This document shows, piece by piece, positions 39,470 to 52,203 of a stretch of DNA of 64,000 bases. Position 1 is the stretch's first letter, and every line of letters starts with the position of its first letter. The DNA is from Heptranchias perlo (taxonomy: Eukaryota), in NCBI RefSeq assembly GCF_035084215.1, contig NC_090340.1:3410001-3474000 (forward strand), written 5' to 3'. The notes beneath the pieces are model-generated. The model did not search any database and had not been told where the DNA came from. It saw only the letters and a program-made list of their open reading frames with translations. The translations under genes and the position numbers were made by a program.

Positions 39470-40722
39470 CCCTGTATCGATTCAACACAAATTTCACTGC
39501 TCTGGTCACTCCCCATAGCCTTAATCAATCCCAAATGAATCTCACTGCCATATTCTACCCCCTTCGCCCTGTATCAATCCCAAACTAATCCCACTGTCCC
39601 GGTCTCTCCCCATAATCCTGCACCAATCCCAAAATAGCTGCACAGCCCCATTCTCTCTCCATAATCATGTACCAATCGCAAACTAATGCCGCTGCCACGC
39701 TCTGTCCCTTTGGCACTGTATCAAACCAAAACTAATGTCACGGCAATACGCATTCCCGATCGTCATACTTCAATCCCAAACCAATCCCGCAGCCCTGCAC
39801 GCTCCCCTTAGCCCCGTATCAATCCAAAACTAATACCGCTACCCCGCTCTAACCGTAGCCCTATATCAATCCCAAACCAATCCCACTGCCCCACTCCATC
39901 CCATAGCCCCGCAGCAAACACGCTAAGCACACTGGCCCCGTTCCCTCCCCGTCGCCCAATATCAATCCCAAACGAAAACCAGGGTCCCATTCTACACCAT
40001 AGCCCTGCGTCAATCTCAAACTAATCCTGCTGTCCCATCGATCTACTTCAATCCCAAATGAATCCCACAGCCCCGCGCCCTCTCCAAAGCCTGCATCAAT
40101 CCAAAACTAATCCCAATGCCCCTCTCTCCCCACAAAGCCCTGTTTCAATCAAAAACTAATTCCACTGCCCCCTCTCTCCCCTGTTGCCATCTACCAATCC
40201 CATGTTAACGCCACTGCCCCGCTCTCCCCCCAATGCACTCTATTAATCGAAAACTAATCGCCTTGCCCGGCTATCCCCCTGTATCGATTCAAAAGTAATC
40301 TCACTGTCCCGGTTTGTCCCCATAGTCTTGAATCAATCCCAACTTAATCCAATTGCCCTGTTCTCTCCCCGTAGGCCTGCATCAATCCCAAACTAATCCC
40401 AATAACCCGCTCTCTGTCCATAGTCTTGTTCCAATACCGAACTGATGCCACTTCCCCGCTATCTCTCCACAGCTCTACATCAACCCAAAATGAATTCCAC
40501 TAACCCACCCTCTCCCCATAGCCCTGAATCAATTCCAAACTAATACCACTGCCCCGCTCTCCCCATAGCCCTGTATCAATCTCAATCTATTCTCCTGCCA
40601 CGCTCTCTCTCAATAGCCCTGTATCAATCCCAAACTAATCCCATTACCCCGCTGTTTCGCAAAGGCCTATATCAATCTTAAACTTATCCCAGGTCCAGCT
40701 ATTACCCCAGAGCCCTGAATCA
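39470..40722. repeat. ~48-bp tandem repeat (right block, continues 27880-28316)
   Basis: Same unit as the left block; successive CATAGCCCTG anchors are 47-49 bp apart. Confidence 0.9.
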
Positions 40723-40724
40723 AG

Positions 40725-40842
40725 GTGCATTTATATAGCACTTTTAACGTAGTAAGAAATCCGAAGGCTCTTCACATTAGCTTTATCAGACAAAATTTGA
40801 CACCGAGCCAAATGAAGAGATATTAGGACAGGTAACTAAAAG
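40725..40842 (-). mobile_element. L2-type 3' tail
   Basis: TGCATTTATATAGCACTTTTAAC is the reverse complement of the tail at ~25230-25255. Confidence 0.7.
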
Positions 40843-40844
40843 CG

Positions 40845-41160
40845 CTGGGAATGTTTGATGGGGCAGTATAGAGGAAGCTTTACTCTATAGCTAACACATG
40901 CTGTACCTGTCCTGCGAGTATTTAGTAGGACACTGCAGATGGAGCTTTACTTTGGATTCAACCTGTGCTGTACCTTCCCTGGGAGTGTTTGATGAGACGG
41001 TGTAGATGGAGGTTTACACTATTTCTAAACTATGCTGTAGTTATCCTGGATGTGTTTAATTTGATTGTGTAAATGGAGCTTTTCTCTGTATCTAACTCGT
41101 GCTGTAAGTGACGTGCTGTACGTAGGAATATTTGATGGGACAGTGTAGAGGGATCATTAC
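40845..41160 (+). repeat. 67-bp tandem repeat
   Basis: Unit ~GTGCTGTACCTGCCCTGGGAGTGTTTGATGGGACAGTGTAGAGGGAGCTTTACTCTGTATCTAACCC. Confidence 0.85.
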
Positions 41161-41312
41161 ATAGAATGTACAGCACAGAAACTGGTCTATACTAGTGTTT
41201 ATGCTCCACACGAGCCTCTCCCGCCTCTCTTCATATAACCCTTTCCGCAGAGGCATTTATTCCTTTCTCGCTCTTGTGTATATCTAGCTTTCCCTTAAAT
41301 GCATCTATGTTT
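41160..41312 (-). mobile_element. CR1 3' end fragment
   Basis: Reverse complement of the CR1 tail seen at 20340-20510. Confidence 0.75.
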
Positions 41313-41319
41313 TTTCAAT

Positions 41320-42200
41320 AGATATGGGTGGGGAGGATAGAAGGAAGTGATCAGTGATGGCATTTTCTCTGATCAGTGATGTCATTTTCCGTGATCAGTG
41401 ATGGCCGTATCTGTGTTTCACACAGTGGGAGTAAAGAGGCCATGTGCAATGGCAAGGTAGAACGGGTAGCGGTGAATACGGTTATGGAGAGAGTAAGGGA
41501 GGATTGGGGGTCAGTGAACTCAGACGAGTTGAGATGGAGGTTGGAATCATCGAGGATGAAAATTCGCTCGGTGTGGAGGCTGAGGGAGGAAAGCAATGAA
41601 GATATGTCGGTGAGAAACTTGGCGTGGTACTTGGGTGGACAGTAGAGAATGAGGATTTTAAAAGAGAGAAGGTGTCAGAATAGTAGGGGGACAGACCAAA
41701 GTGTGATTTGGTGATAAGGGCCACACCAGCACCCCGGCGGCCTAGGCGGGGCAAATGGTGGACGCTTTAGCCAGTTGAGGATGGTTCACTAGGGGTTAAG
41801 GTATAATCACTGGTCAGCCAAGTTTCCGTCAAGGACATGATGTCAATGCAATCAATCATCTACAATAAGCTCATGGATGGCAAGGGCCTTCTTCACAAGT
41901 GGACAGACATTCTGGAGGCAGATGCGAAGAAGGGCAGTGATAGCTGATAGGCTGGCAGAGTCCAAAGATTCAGCACTTGGACGGGTGAGTGGGAAGGAGA
42001 TAGGCAAAATTAGCAGCCAGCGGGCATGCTGGGTGGGACAGTTGGTGAGAGAGGAGGATGGATAAGTTGCAGTTGCTGCTCATAAGGAGGCAGTGACGAG
42101 TGCCTCAATGGGCCCTTCGGAGGATGCCAAGCAAGGCACAGAAGGAAGTTGTCGGCTTATTTAAGAGTGAGTCAGGAAGGTCGAAGAGTGGTGAAGGGTT
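41320..42200 (-). mobile_element. L2-clade LINE endonuclease region, decayed
   Basis: NVCPLVKKALA..IMSLTETWL, PRLGRRGAGVALI, ILDDSNLH, SLITEN/SDH-like motifs. Confidence 0.7.
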
Positions 42201-43419
42201 GGGGTGCAGAGTACCCAAGAGGCGATAAATGAAAGGAGGCATGACGACAGGAAGGAGGGGTCTTGGATGCGTAAAGAGAAAAGAAGAAAAAAGGGGAAAT
42301 AGAAGCGGTGAACTCGGGTCCGGAGCTGCAGCCAAAACGGTCACGCAAATGGAAACAGGGGAAGTCAAGTTACATAGGCATGGTTATATAATAAGATTGA
42401 GATAGATATGCTATGGTAATCAACAGGGAATAGAGAAGAGACAATAGGAAGGAGTGCAAGGCTAAAGTCAAACGTCCCGTGGTGGGATAGAGTTGACGTT
42501 GATAGTTTGGAGTCAGCTTGGAGCATCGACGAACAGACGGAGATTCATGAAAGCAGGTCATAATGTTGGTATAAACACAACGGAAACATTACAATTAACG
42601 AGAAATAAACAATAGAAAGATCAGAATCTGAAAAAGAAAGCTAAGCTGAACTATTGGATGGAACACCCCATGGGGCCATTGATGTCCGATCCTATTGTGT
42701 TGTTCTACCATTTCCTAGTCTAATTTGAGATTGTCAGAACTGTCCGATTTTCCTTTATTTTCCCTCTATATTTAACACGGGTGGATATGGCTCGCACGGT
42801 CCAGTAAAATGTCACATACAAAATCAGCATAATTTCGCTTTTTGTTCGTTGAAATAATCCACGTTTTTTGATTGGCTTACGCTTTTTGTTCTCTTTAGTT
42901 TTCCGTCTTTGGTTATAACCTGTGCCATCCACAGCAATCTATTTTCAACCATCGCTTCCATAGTCTGTAAAATCAAAGCGTGTTTCGGTTCACTCGTGAC
43001 CTGGATTGTTCAGCAGAGTGATGCATGGAACAGAGCGCGCTCCACTGTAACTAAATAAAAGATTCAACAAATGTGTTATTTGAATTATGAATATATCAAT
43101 ATCGGTATATCATTATTGAAATTGGACAACCATATTCTGCACAACGATTGCTGACTGTTCGGAGCGTCACGGTGATGTGTGATAAAATGCCATTACAATC
43201 CTTTCAACTCAAATAATTCCTAGACACAGAAAAACAGTATAATTTTTATCTACACGAAGTGAGCAATTGTCTTGTGCCCACAATGTGTGCCTCAGGCACG
43301 GGTTCAATGACACACAAAGAGGTGTTTTATGGATATTGAGATCATGAGAACTAGAGAGCGCAGTGAACTCGTGCGTTGGTCCTGGAGTTTGAGTGTAGCC
43401 TGTTCTGATGGATGACTCT

Positions 43420-44065
43420 CCATTTCTTGGCTGGTCTAGATCTAACTCGTCGTGCTGTACCTTACAGCATCAAATGTACAGTGGATTAAACATCGTCAGA
43501 GAAAAAATAGTAATCGAACTGAGAGAAGCCAGCGATGGGTCGGCCCGAGAGTGCGGATAATGCGCACGGTCCAGTTGTCGACTTTTTCATCAGTTGGAGC
43601 TTCAGGCATTTTATTGAAGCAAAGTGACGGTTAATCAGTCTGTATGTAACTCTACTGCACTAGACCTCAGGGTGTTAAATAAGGAAGGGTCGAGGAAGGC
43701 CTACCCTGTATCTAACCAGTGCTGTGAGTGTTCGGCGGGACAATGTAGAGGAAACTTTACTCTGTATCCAATCCGTGCTGTACCTGCCCTGGGAGTGTTT
43801 GATGGGAGTGAGTAGAGGGCGATTTACTCCCTATGTAATCAGTGCTGTATCTATCCTGGGAGTACTTGTTGGGACAGTGTAGAGGGAGCTTTAATCTGTA
43901 TCTAATTCGTGCGGTCCTGTGAATATTTGATGGGACAGTGTAGAGGAATATTTACTGTACATAAAACGTGATGTACCTGCTCTGGGAATATTTGATGGAA
44001 AAGCGTAGACAGAGATACGTTAGCATCCATCCTTGCTGTACTGGATTGGGAACGTTTAAAGCCGG
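43420..44065 (+). repeat. 67-bp tandem repeat (second array, partly degenerate)
   Basis: GTGCTGTAC anchors at 43775 and 43842 are 67 bp apart; same unit as 40845-41160. Confidence 0.8.
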
Positions 44066-44751
44066 TACTGGGAATGATGAGGATTTGTTGATTTTGCTCA
44101 GTGCCCCCTCGTGCACATGAACATAAACATTTAGCAACAATCGAAATGTACAAAATACGGGGTAATCGTGTAAGGCACAGCTTTCAAATATGCTCAGTTT
44201 TGGATCACATTCTTTTTGCACTTCAAGCATTTTCGAAAATGTACGAGAGAAACGCACCCGTTCTTCGAAGTGTTGAGATCCATCTTGGTCTCTGCGTGCG
44301 CCTAATGAAATACAACATTTAACTTTGACCGTGAATCAGGAAGTGAACCACCGAGAGCAGGGAAATCCAAATTAGTCTCAGCTAATAACGCCTCAAGCAT
44401 CACAGCTCATGAAAAGTTTAGAAAATGTAATCGCAACGCCCCCTTTCGGTGAACAATCTTGAATTAAAGTTCCGGCAATGAATTTGGCCCATAATACAGG
44501 GAATTACTGATTTGAATCTACGAAAAATGCAAATATCGGTTCTCCTTAATCAATTATTTGAAAGTTCACTTGAATGACTCTTGGACAAATCTTTTATTTC
44601 AGATCGTGCAACCAATTACAACTGTTCAACATATCCACATAATTCCTTTCCTTTAGCAGCTTTAAAGCGCCTTCCTCTGCCCGGCGTCATGTTGTTCCCT
44701 TTCTATTATTACAAATGTATCACAGTGAAACTACATAGCCGGCTCCTTAAA

Positions 44752-44863
44752 TTTACAGTTACTGAGTTGGCAACACTTCCCAATGCGGCGACGAGGGCTG
44801 AAAGTATCAATGCACCCCCTGTACATCCAGAAATCAGTAGGTAAAGGGCGATGTGTTCATTGC
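44752..44863 (-). pseudogene. Transmembrane exon of the Ig receptor pseudogene
   Basis: AG|GNEHIALYLLISGCTGGALILSALVA then, after a frameshift, IGKCCQLSNCK. Confidence 0.55.
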
Positions 44864-45052
44864 CTCCATTCATAATAATAATGTTAGTTGTACGATTTAT
44901 ATATTCAATGCCTCCAAAGCTGAGCATGAGGAATGAATCTGTTAAATTGGGCAAGCCGATTTACTTCTCTGTATAAAATAGAATTTTATTGATTCTTGTT
45001 TCCCCTTCAGCTGAAGCTGGAACGTAAATTTTCTGGATTACAAGTGCAAAAT

Positions 45053-45616
45053 GTAATGTTTGGATTTACATTTTTAACTTGTAATGCATAGAAACTTCAA
45101 CAATTGCAGGAGCAACAGTTGAATAATCACTGCTGTATAAGCTCCACCAACAATGAGCACTTCGATACTTTGCTTCTGAACTTTGACAAACAGACTATAC
45201 TTCTGAACGTTAATAAAAAGATCTTGCTTCTGAACTTTGAAAAAAGACTTCATTTCTGAACTTCCACAAAAAGGTACCGAACCTTGACACATCATTCAAC
45301 ACAAGACTCGACATATCACTCCGCACATCCCTCAACAACGCACCTGTTACCGCAGAGATCGACACCCTGCTTCAAGATGGCTGCCATGATGTTGTATGGA
45401 GGTTTCATGTGTTATTTGCTTTCTTTGCTTTATGCCTACTTCTGGGAATCGGATAGAGTAATCCTAGTATTGATTGAGTTGCTTCATGTGTATGTAATCC
45501 TTTCTAAATCATTACATAATCACTTTGATTAATGCAACTATCGGGTAAGAGTGTCTTTCTTTGTCTGAACTATTGTCCAGGTTCACAAATCTCTCAGAAG
45601 ACTCAAATTCCCCACA
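45053..45616 (+). repeat. ERV-2 5' LTR
   Basis: Colinear with 50703-51180 (CTTCAACA..GCAGGAGCAACAGTTG..CTTCTGAACTTTGA..AATCTC..AAGAC..CCCACA); left edge approximate. Confidence 0.8.
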
Positions 45617-45618
45617 AA

Positions 45619-45636
45619 TGGCGCCCGAACAGGTAT
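45619..45636 (+). promoter_or_regulatory. Primer-binding site, tRNA-Lys(UUU) type
   Basis: TGGCGCCCGAACAGGTAT versus canonical TGGCGCCCGAACAGGGAC, 2 nt after the LTR end. Confidence 0.88.
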
Positions 45637-47055
45637 CCGATATAGTTAAAAACAAGCGAACAAGTTCTTGTAAAATGACCCCGCAGAGCAAAGGCTGCAC
45701 TCCTTGTCCTCCAGAGAGGTGTAGGAGGGTATAACAGGCGGGGTAAAGAATGAATGCTACAGCAACGTTTAGACAGAAAACGGTTTTTTTACGCAGGAAA
45801 GGGTGGAAGGTATAAAAAATCCTTGTCTAGCGTCAAGGCAAAAACATTTTTTTTCTGGGAAGAGGCGTTGAAGGGTTTAACAAACTTATACTGGAACCGT
45901 TTTGATAGAAATAGAAATATCAGTTAAAGGACAAGAAATGGTGAGTGGAATGTAAAATGGAAGTAGCAGTACAAAACTACATTGAAATGAAGTTAGCAAA
46001 CAGTGAGGAATGATTCCCAGTTCAGCATCATCAGGTAGACCCCTTCGAAGCACACAATGATACGTGGATACATAAAAGAGCAGAGTGGCCGAAATTACAG
46101 AAAAAAGATAAAAGCCGTATGATTCCTTGCCTTCAGTAAATAAAAAGAGCGATGAGAAATAAACAGGCTGTGGCCCTGGTAGGAAAGAGAAACCGACGAG
46201 ACGGTTGTTAGACATTCTGAAATGGAAGAGGCAGAACAAACAAGATAATAGTCCTGGAATGAAGAAGAAACCAGTGAGGCAGTTGTTAGAGTATGTCTCT
46301 CACATCTATGCGCAGAGGAGTGAGGCCAAAGTGAGTGATCTAATGAAGGATGTCTCAAAGAATGAAAGCAGGAGAAGGGGCAATTGTTGGAGCATCTTAT
46401 ATTAACTTGCATTGTGCAGAGACTTATATAGAGAGAAGTCAAATATATAAGTTATTGGCACGAAATATACTGGAATTATAGAATAATCTTGGTGGGGTAG
46501 AATTAAATAGGGATGACCTGAAGAGTGGCTTTCGACAAACGATGTAAACTCTGTATGAATTAGGGCCGATAGGCTCGCAACACGTGGTTGCAGTTTTAGT
46601 TGACGAGCCTGTGTCGTTAAAACAGACCATTGTTGCGGCTACTGCCTCCATGCTCAGTCGGCAAGACGCTCAGTTAAAGGAAGAGTTAAAGGAAACAGAA
46701 AATAAACAGAAACAGTTTGAAATAGAAGCACAGGAGAAGGAAATCCAGCAATATGGAGATGAGATTGTTGACCAACGAGCAGCAGCATCTAGTTCAGAAC
46801 CATTTAAAGTTTCTGTACAAAAGGACTGTCTCAAAAAGTGAAAAGGGAAAATGTGAGGGGTATAATGATGGCCTGGGAGTTGCAGGAGAGGGTGACAGTC
46901 GTAGTGGTTCGATAAAGTGAACTGAGAAAGAGATTAGAAATCTCAGCTGGTTCCCCACTACCCCCTTTCCATTCACAATACCCAATTTTTCCAGCAATGG
47001 AGGAGAATGAGGAAACTTTTAAACAGGAGAGCCAATACAAGCCTGAAAAACGGTC

Positions 47056-47207
47056 TTTCCCACATGAGATGTTAAATAGGTTCAAAATTGAGTTTAGCAG
47101 GAAATATTGGAGATTGAAAATGAAGCTCAGAGATAATGGATAACGCACGATTTAAATATATCTTGCTTAACTCAGTTTTGAACCGATTTAACATCTCATG
47201 TGGGAAA
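47056..47207. repeat. 53-bp inverted repeat (foldback) with a 46-nt spacer
   Basis: 47056-47108 is the near-exact reverse complement of 47155-47207. Confidence 0.9.
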
Positions 47208-47773
47208 AACCTTTCGTTACAAGCTGGAGAATTTTTCTTTAGTTTGAGTGATTATTGTTTTACTTGTTTTAAATCACTTCGACAATTTACAAAATAATTT
47301 TCTTAATTTGGCTACATCTTAAAAAAAACACAAAGAGAAGGACTTGGAGTTGGAGATTCCAAATTCAGCTGTCCTGTGTATGTCCGTGTGTGGGATAGAC
47401 ATGGTTAATTTCCTTGGAAGGGAAGACAGAAAAGCAAGCCAGTCGCTCCCAAGTTTTTCTCATATTTTGTTGGACTTGTTTGGGTTAAAAGGATAATTCT
47501 TTGAAATTTAGTACTATTGTTGCGGTGCTTTGGTCAGTCAAGCGTATATTGTTTTAAGTTTCCTAATTTAAGCAGATATTACCCACCGCGATAGAAGGAA
47601 ATCTGATGCATCAGGGAGAAAAAGTGTAAGGTGGCCAATCAAAACCACCACGAAGGTCCAATAAAAGCACGAGTGTTGCCTGACACTCGCGGGACATATG
47701 AAAATAGATCCAGTTGAGGAGAGAATGGACAAAAAAAGACAGGACGTAGTGTATATGACCCAGAAAAATTTCA

Positions 47774-49110
47774 GTGCATAAAGTCAAAGCACATACTAAG
47801 AATGAGCCTCTATTGGAGGGAAATCAGAAAACAGACGAATTGGCGAAGAAACGAGGAGAGGAGGGAATGGAATGGGATCCCGTTGAAATATTTCCCCCAA
47901 TGGAAACTAATCAGACTGAGAAATTACCCGACCCAATCGATTTGCAACAATTACAAAAAGAAGATCCCGAAATAAAGGCAGTCGTGGTGATGCTAGAAAA
48001 TAAAGAAAGCCAAAGGGGAGAATATGCTAATCAGCCAAATTAAAGGTGAAAGATGGGATCCTGCTTTATGAACAAAAGTGGGTGGGACCACAGAATGGGC
48101 GCAATGCTTTTCTTTACCAATCCCATGAGGGACCCACTCCAGGACACCCCAGCCCACGGGGAACGTTAGAAAGGCTCCAGCAAGTAGCATGATGGTCAAG
48201 AATGAAAAGCCAGGTATAGCATTATTGTCACAACTGCTTAATTTGTGTACAATACAACCCAAATGCGAACACCAAGAAGGCACTTTTGTGGCACACTTGG
48301 TCAACAGCAGACCCTTGAACAGACGTACAAATCTATTATTTTGGGCCCACTCCCCCTTCTGTTCGAGGTAATCGGTACGTATTGGTGGTAGTTAACACAT
48401 TCTCAAAGTGGGTTGAAGCATTTCAAATCCCCAATGGAAGAGCACAGGCCACTGCTAAAATACTGGTGAACCACGTATTCACCCAATGGGGACTCCTAAA
48501 GAGCCTCGACCCGGACCAGGGTGGTCATTTTAGGGGGAGTTGCTAGGAATCAATACATGATGCTATATTTCACATAATCCTACCTCATCAGGCATAATGC
48601 AGAGAATGAATCAAACATTAAAAAACAATGCTGAAGAAGTTGATTGAACAATCCCGCAAAACATGGGACCAATTGCTGCCCTTGGCGTTATTGGCTATGC
48701 GATTCACTGAGTCAGGTACCACCAAGACTTTGCCCCATGAGTTAATGACAGGGACAGTGATGAGAACTCCTGAACATTTAATGTATCAGGATATGTCTGA
48801 TCTGCAGTATCTGGTCTTCACTCAGGAGCGGTATGTTCACCAATTACGTGACCAGCTGCAACAGACAATGGTCTTTGCAGCCGTTAATATTGGAATAAAA
48901 GCCAACAAAATGTATTTTGACACCAAATTCAAAGCAGTAGAATGGGATGTGGGACAGACAGTGATGGTAAAAACATATCAATCAGCAGGGCCATTCACAG
49001 CTCACGTTTCTGGAACATAATCCATTGTCGATAAAACCAGTCCATCTGTGTACAAAGTAGCTCTGAAAAAGGGAAAAGAAAATGGTTCCTTGTCGACTAA
49101 CTAAAAGAGT
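47774..49110 (+). pseudogene. ERV-2 pol remnant: RNase H C-terminus and integrase
   Basis: HKVKAH..GNQKTDELAK; HEGPTPGH..CLIC; YVLVVVNTFSKWVEAF; WGL..LDPDQGGHF; RMNQTLK..WDQLLPLALLAMR..PHELMTG..RTPEHL. Confidence 0.88.
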
Positions 49111-49464
49111 AAAAGGGAGATGTACATGGGGTAAACAACCCAAAGGAGGAAGAGATTGCTCACCTCCATCTTATGCTATGGGACGAGGAGGGTGACAACA
49201 TATTACACCCACCTGTGGTAGGACAGAGAGCCCCTAGTCATAGGCGACTGAGACAAAGGCCGGTCCATTCCCCTGATAGGTACTCTCCTCCATGGGATTA
49301 CAGACAAAGATGGTTACTATTGTTAAGTGGCAATTGGAGATTTACATGAAACTGAATAAAATGTATTAACAAATAGCAGACATTACCCATACATTTTGTT
49401 TTCTCCTATGTCCTGACTTGATACCAACATCGGGAAAACGAAACGAAACATCAATAAGAATGAA

Positions 49465-50369
49465 ATGACTGTTTGTCATGTTAATATGTATGTTAATATT
49501 ATTTGTAAAAGGATTTCAACTAAAAAGTGAAGAATGTAGCATAACGGCATACCAAGGTAGTGAGGATAAAGGGCAGACTCGAGCAATACCATGGAATAGA
49601 ACAAAGACATGGCTCGGATCCTTATGGCTCGACCAGGAAGGAACACGGGTCGGATTACATTGTAGGTACACAATAGAACATAACACCAAACAACTTCCCC
49701 TGATCTGGTGGAAGAAGGAAATGGATGACTCGGGGCATGTGATCACACTACGCCCTCTTAATGAAAAGGTGGGACAATTGCTGGGGGGGGGGGGGCGGGG
49801 GTTGGTGGTGGCTACTCTGTGGAAACCACCCCTGAAAAGAAGGATAGTGTAGAAAATGATTTAATTTGGCTGGCATTTAAACAAAGATTTTGCCCAGAGA
49901 AATGCAGGTAGGGATCTGGTTGAGACTTGGCCCCTGCACATTCAAGAACACTTGATTAATTTTGTCTGGGACAATGTGACAACCACCCCAATCACCAACA
50001 GTAGGGGGCCCACAGTAGAAAAAGGCGAAAATTGGTGCAATGAAGGTACACTAGTTTGATTCCTGGGATGTGCAAGGATTTTAGACATTGGGTCAGATCC
50101 CATTTTACTCTTTTGAACTGCTGGACGATTCCTTTAAGCATTTGGATATTCACTTGGACAGTACATTTATAGTACATGTGAATGCAAGGGTTAACTCGTC
50201 CCTTGACATTGCCTTTGAACATTTTGACAGTATAAAGTTACAACTGCAAAGACAGCAAACTGCAGTCAGTTTACACCGGACATTTAGACATCAGTTTAAA
50301 ACTGCAAAAGCAGCAGAGTACAGAAATATCAACAAACTGCGGTTGTCAATATCTTCTGATCAGCACTAA
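49465..50369 (+). pseudogene. ERV-2 post-integrase ORFs (signal-peptide-bearing ORF with an Ig-like motif; second ORF unassigned)
   Basis: MLICMLILFVKG hydrophobic start; VGLHCRYT..LIWWKK; ORF 50088-50369 has no recognisable family. Confidence 0.4.
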
Positions 50370-50702
50370 AGACACAAGCTTTATGTCACGTTCCAGACAC
50401 ATCAAGAGACTTTGAGACAGTTTGAACCGGGTGTTTGGTTCTCACCGTAAATGCAAAGGACTAGAAGCTTCGAGAAAGTTCTACCGACATCAGTTCTCAG
50501 GACATGCTCAAAACAAAGGAGCTCCTAATTGCACCTGGATCCACACGGAGAAGAAGATACAATGGATTCACACTGTTGTTGAGTAGGTCAAATAACCAGA
50601 CGTCATGAATGCAAATTTGGGTGAGTGGCCAAACGGGGTCTTCTCATAACTTGGAGCACACCCTATTAGTCAAAAAAGCATACAAAGATAGGACATCGTA
50701 TA

Positions 50703-51180
50703 AGCTTCAACAGTCAACACTTGCAGGAGCAACAGTTGCATAATTACTGCGGTATGAGCTCCTCCACCAATGAGCACTTCCAAACTTTGCTTCTGAAATT
50801 TGACAAAAAGACTTTGGTTCTGAACTTTGACAAAAAGAGAAACCTTGATGAGAAAACACAGAAACTCGACACATCATTCCACACATCATTCAATACATCA
50901 TTCAACCTGTTACCGCATCGATGGACACCCTACTTCTGGACAGCTGCCTTGATGTTTTATCGAGGTTGTTTGTATTATTTGCTTGTTTTGATTTATGCCT
51001 GCTTGTGGGAATCGGGTAGAGTAATCCACTTATTGATTGAGTTGTTTCATGCTTATGTACGCCTTTTTAATTCATTAAATAATCACTTTGATGAAAGAAA
51101 AAAACACGTAATCCTGTAATTTTTTGTCTAAACAATTGTCCAGGCTCACGAATCTCCGGAAAGACAAAAACTTCCCTACA
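50703..51180 (+). repeat. ERV-2 3' LTR
   Basis: Direct repeat of the 5' LTR, visibly diverged; left edge approximate. Confidence 0.8.
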
Positions 51181-51181
51181 A

Positions 51182-51628
51182 ATGAGAGGGTTGTCCTATG
51201 AAGAGAGAAGGAGTTTAATCGGTCTTTTTTCTCTGGAGCTGAGAAGAATAAGAGGTGATCTCATTGAAACGTTTAAAATTCTTAAAGGGCTGGACAAGGT
51301 AGATGCTGAGAGGCTGTTTGCCCTGGCAGGAGAGTGTAGAACTAGGTGGCATATTCTCAAGATAAGGGCCGACCATTTAGGACCACGATGAGGAAGAATT
51401 TCTTCATTCAGAGGGTCGTGAAACTTTAATATTTTCTACCCCAGAGGACCGTGGATATTCAGTCGTTGTGTCGATTCTGAAATCGATAGATTTTTGGACA
51501 CTAAGGGAATCAAAGGATATGGGGATAGAACGGGAAAGTGGAGCCGAGGTAGAACATCAGCCATGACCTTATTGAATAGCGGAGCCGGCTGGAGGGGCGG
51601 AATGACCTCTTATTTCTTATGTTCCTCT
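51182..51628 (+). mobile_element. CR1 3' end fragment
   Basis: GLSYEERR..LFSLELRRIRGDLIETFKI and 3' UTR. Confidence 0.9.
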
Positions 51629-51739
51629 GATGGGAGACGTTTTCCTTTTTGATCCATTTTACAAATCCGCAAATAAAAACACTCTTTAAACGTAAAAGTT
51701 TTGAATTAATTGTACGCCACAACCAAAAATGATGGGACC

Positions 51740-52018
51740 AAATAATGCAGATTTAAAGTTAACGGTGGCTGCCAATATCTGTAACACATGTATATACAAC
51801 CGCGCTCTGGGCTGGCTGTGTCGCTTTCAAACTGTTGGGAACTTCATACATTCCTTCCGAATTCAGCTTTTTAATGGTGCTGATCCCAGTCACAATGTTG
51901 ATGTCATTTTTATACAAAGTGAAGTTGAGAGATTCTGGATAGAACACAGCAACACAAGAATGAGAGCAGGTGAGTTAGTTCCGGACACTTGGGGACCAGA
52001 CTCACGTGTTGCGGGTCG
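51740..52018 (-). pseudogene. Ig C1-set domain exon (decayed)
   Basis: Acceptor TTCTCTAACCTGTTCCACAG; LILV/AVFYPESLNFTLYKN..NSEGMYEVPNSLK..VYTC = C1 signature (FYP, W changed to L, YxC); first Cys lost at a frameshift. Confidence 0.75.
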
Positions 52019-52203
52019 CTGTGGAACAGGTTAGAGAATAAACTGAATGTTTGGACTCTGCTAATTTCGTCCCGTTTGGCACTCAGTCTTCTTGAATATA
52101 ACGTCGAGACTCTCAGTTACAGGTTCGTTGAATCCAATTCACACTTTGCTCAACAATTTGAAATAAGATTTTTCCTCTAGACTAAAGTGCGGATGATTCA
52201 CAA

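Larger units (their letters stand above)
45053..51180 (+). mobile_element. Endogenous retrovirus-like provirus (ERV-2): LTR, PBS(Lys), gag-like, [RT not found], RNase H, integrase, 3' ORFs, LTR
   Basis: Direct LTRs ending CCCACA (45616) and CCTACA (51180), PBS at 45619, RNase H and HHCC/DDE integrase motifs. Confidence 0.85.

Noticed and set aside
39470-41160. CRISPR-like regularly spaced repeats
   Set aside because: Head-to-tail degenerate units with no unique spacers and no cas genes, in a vertebrate context.
45619-45636. tRNA gene
   Set aside because: Only the ~18-nt complement of a tRNA 3' end (a PBS); no cloverleaf.
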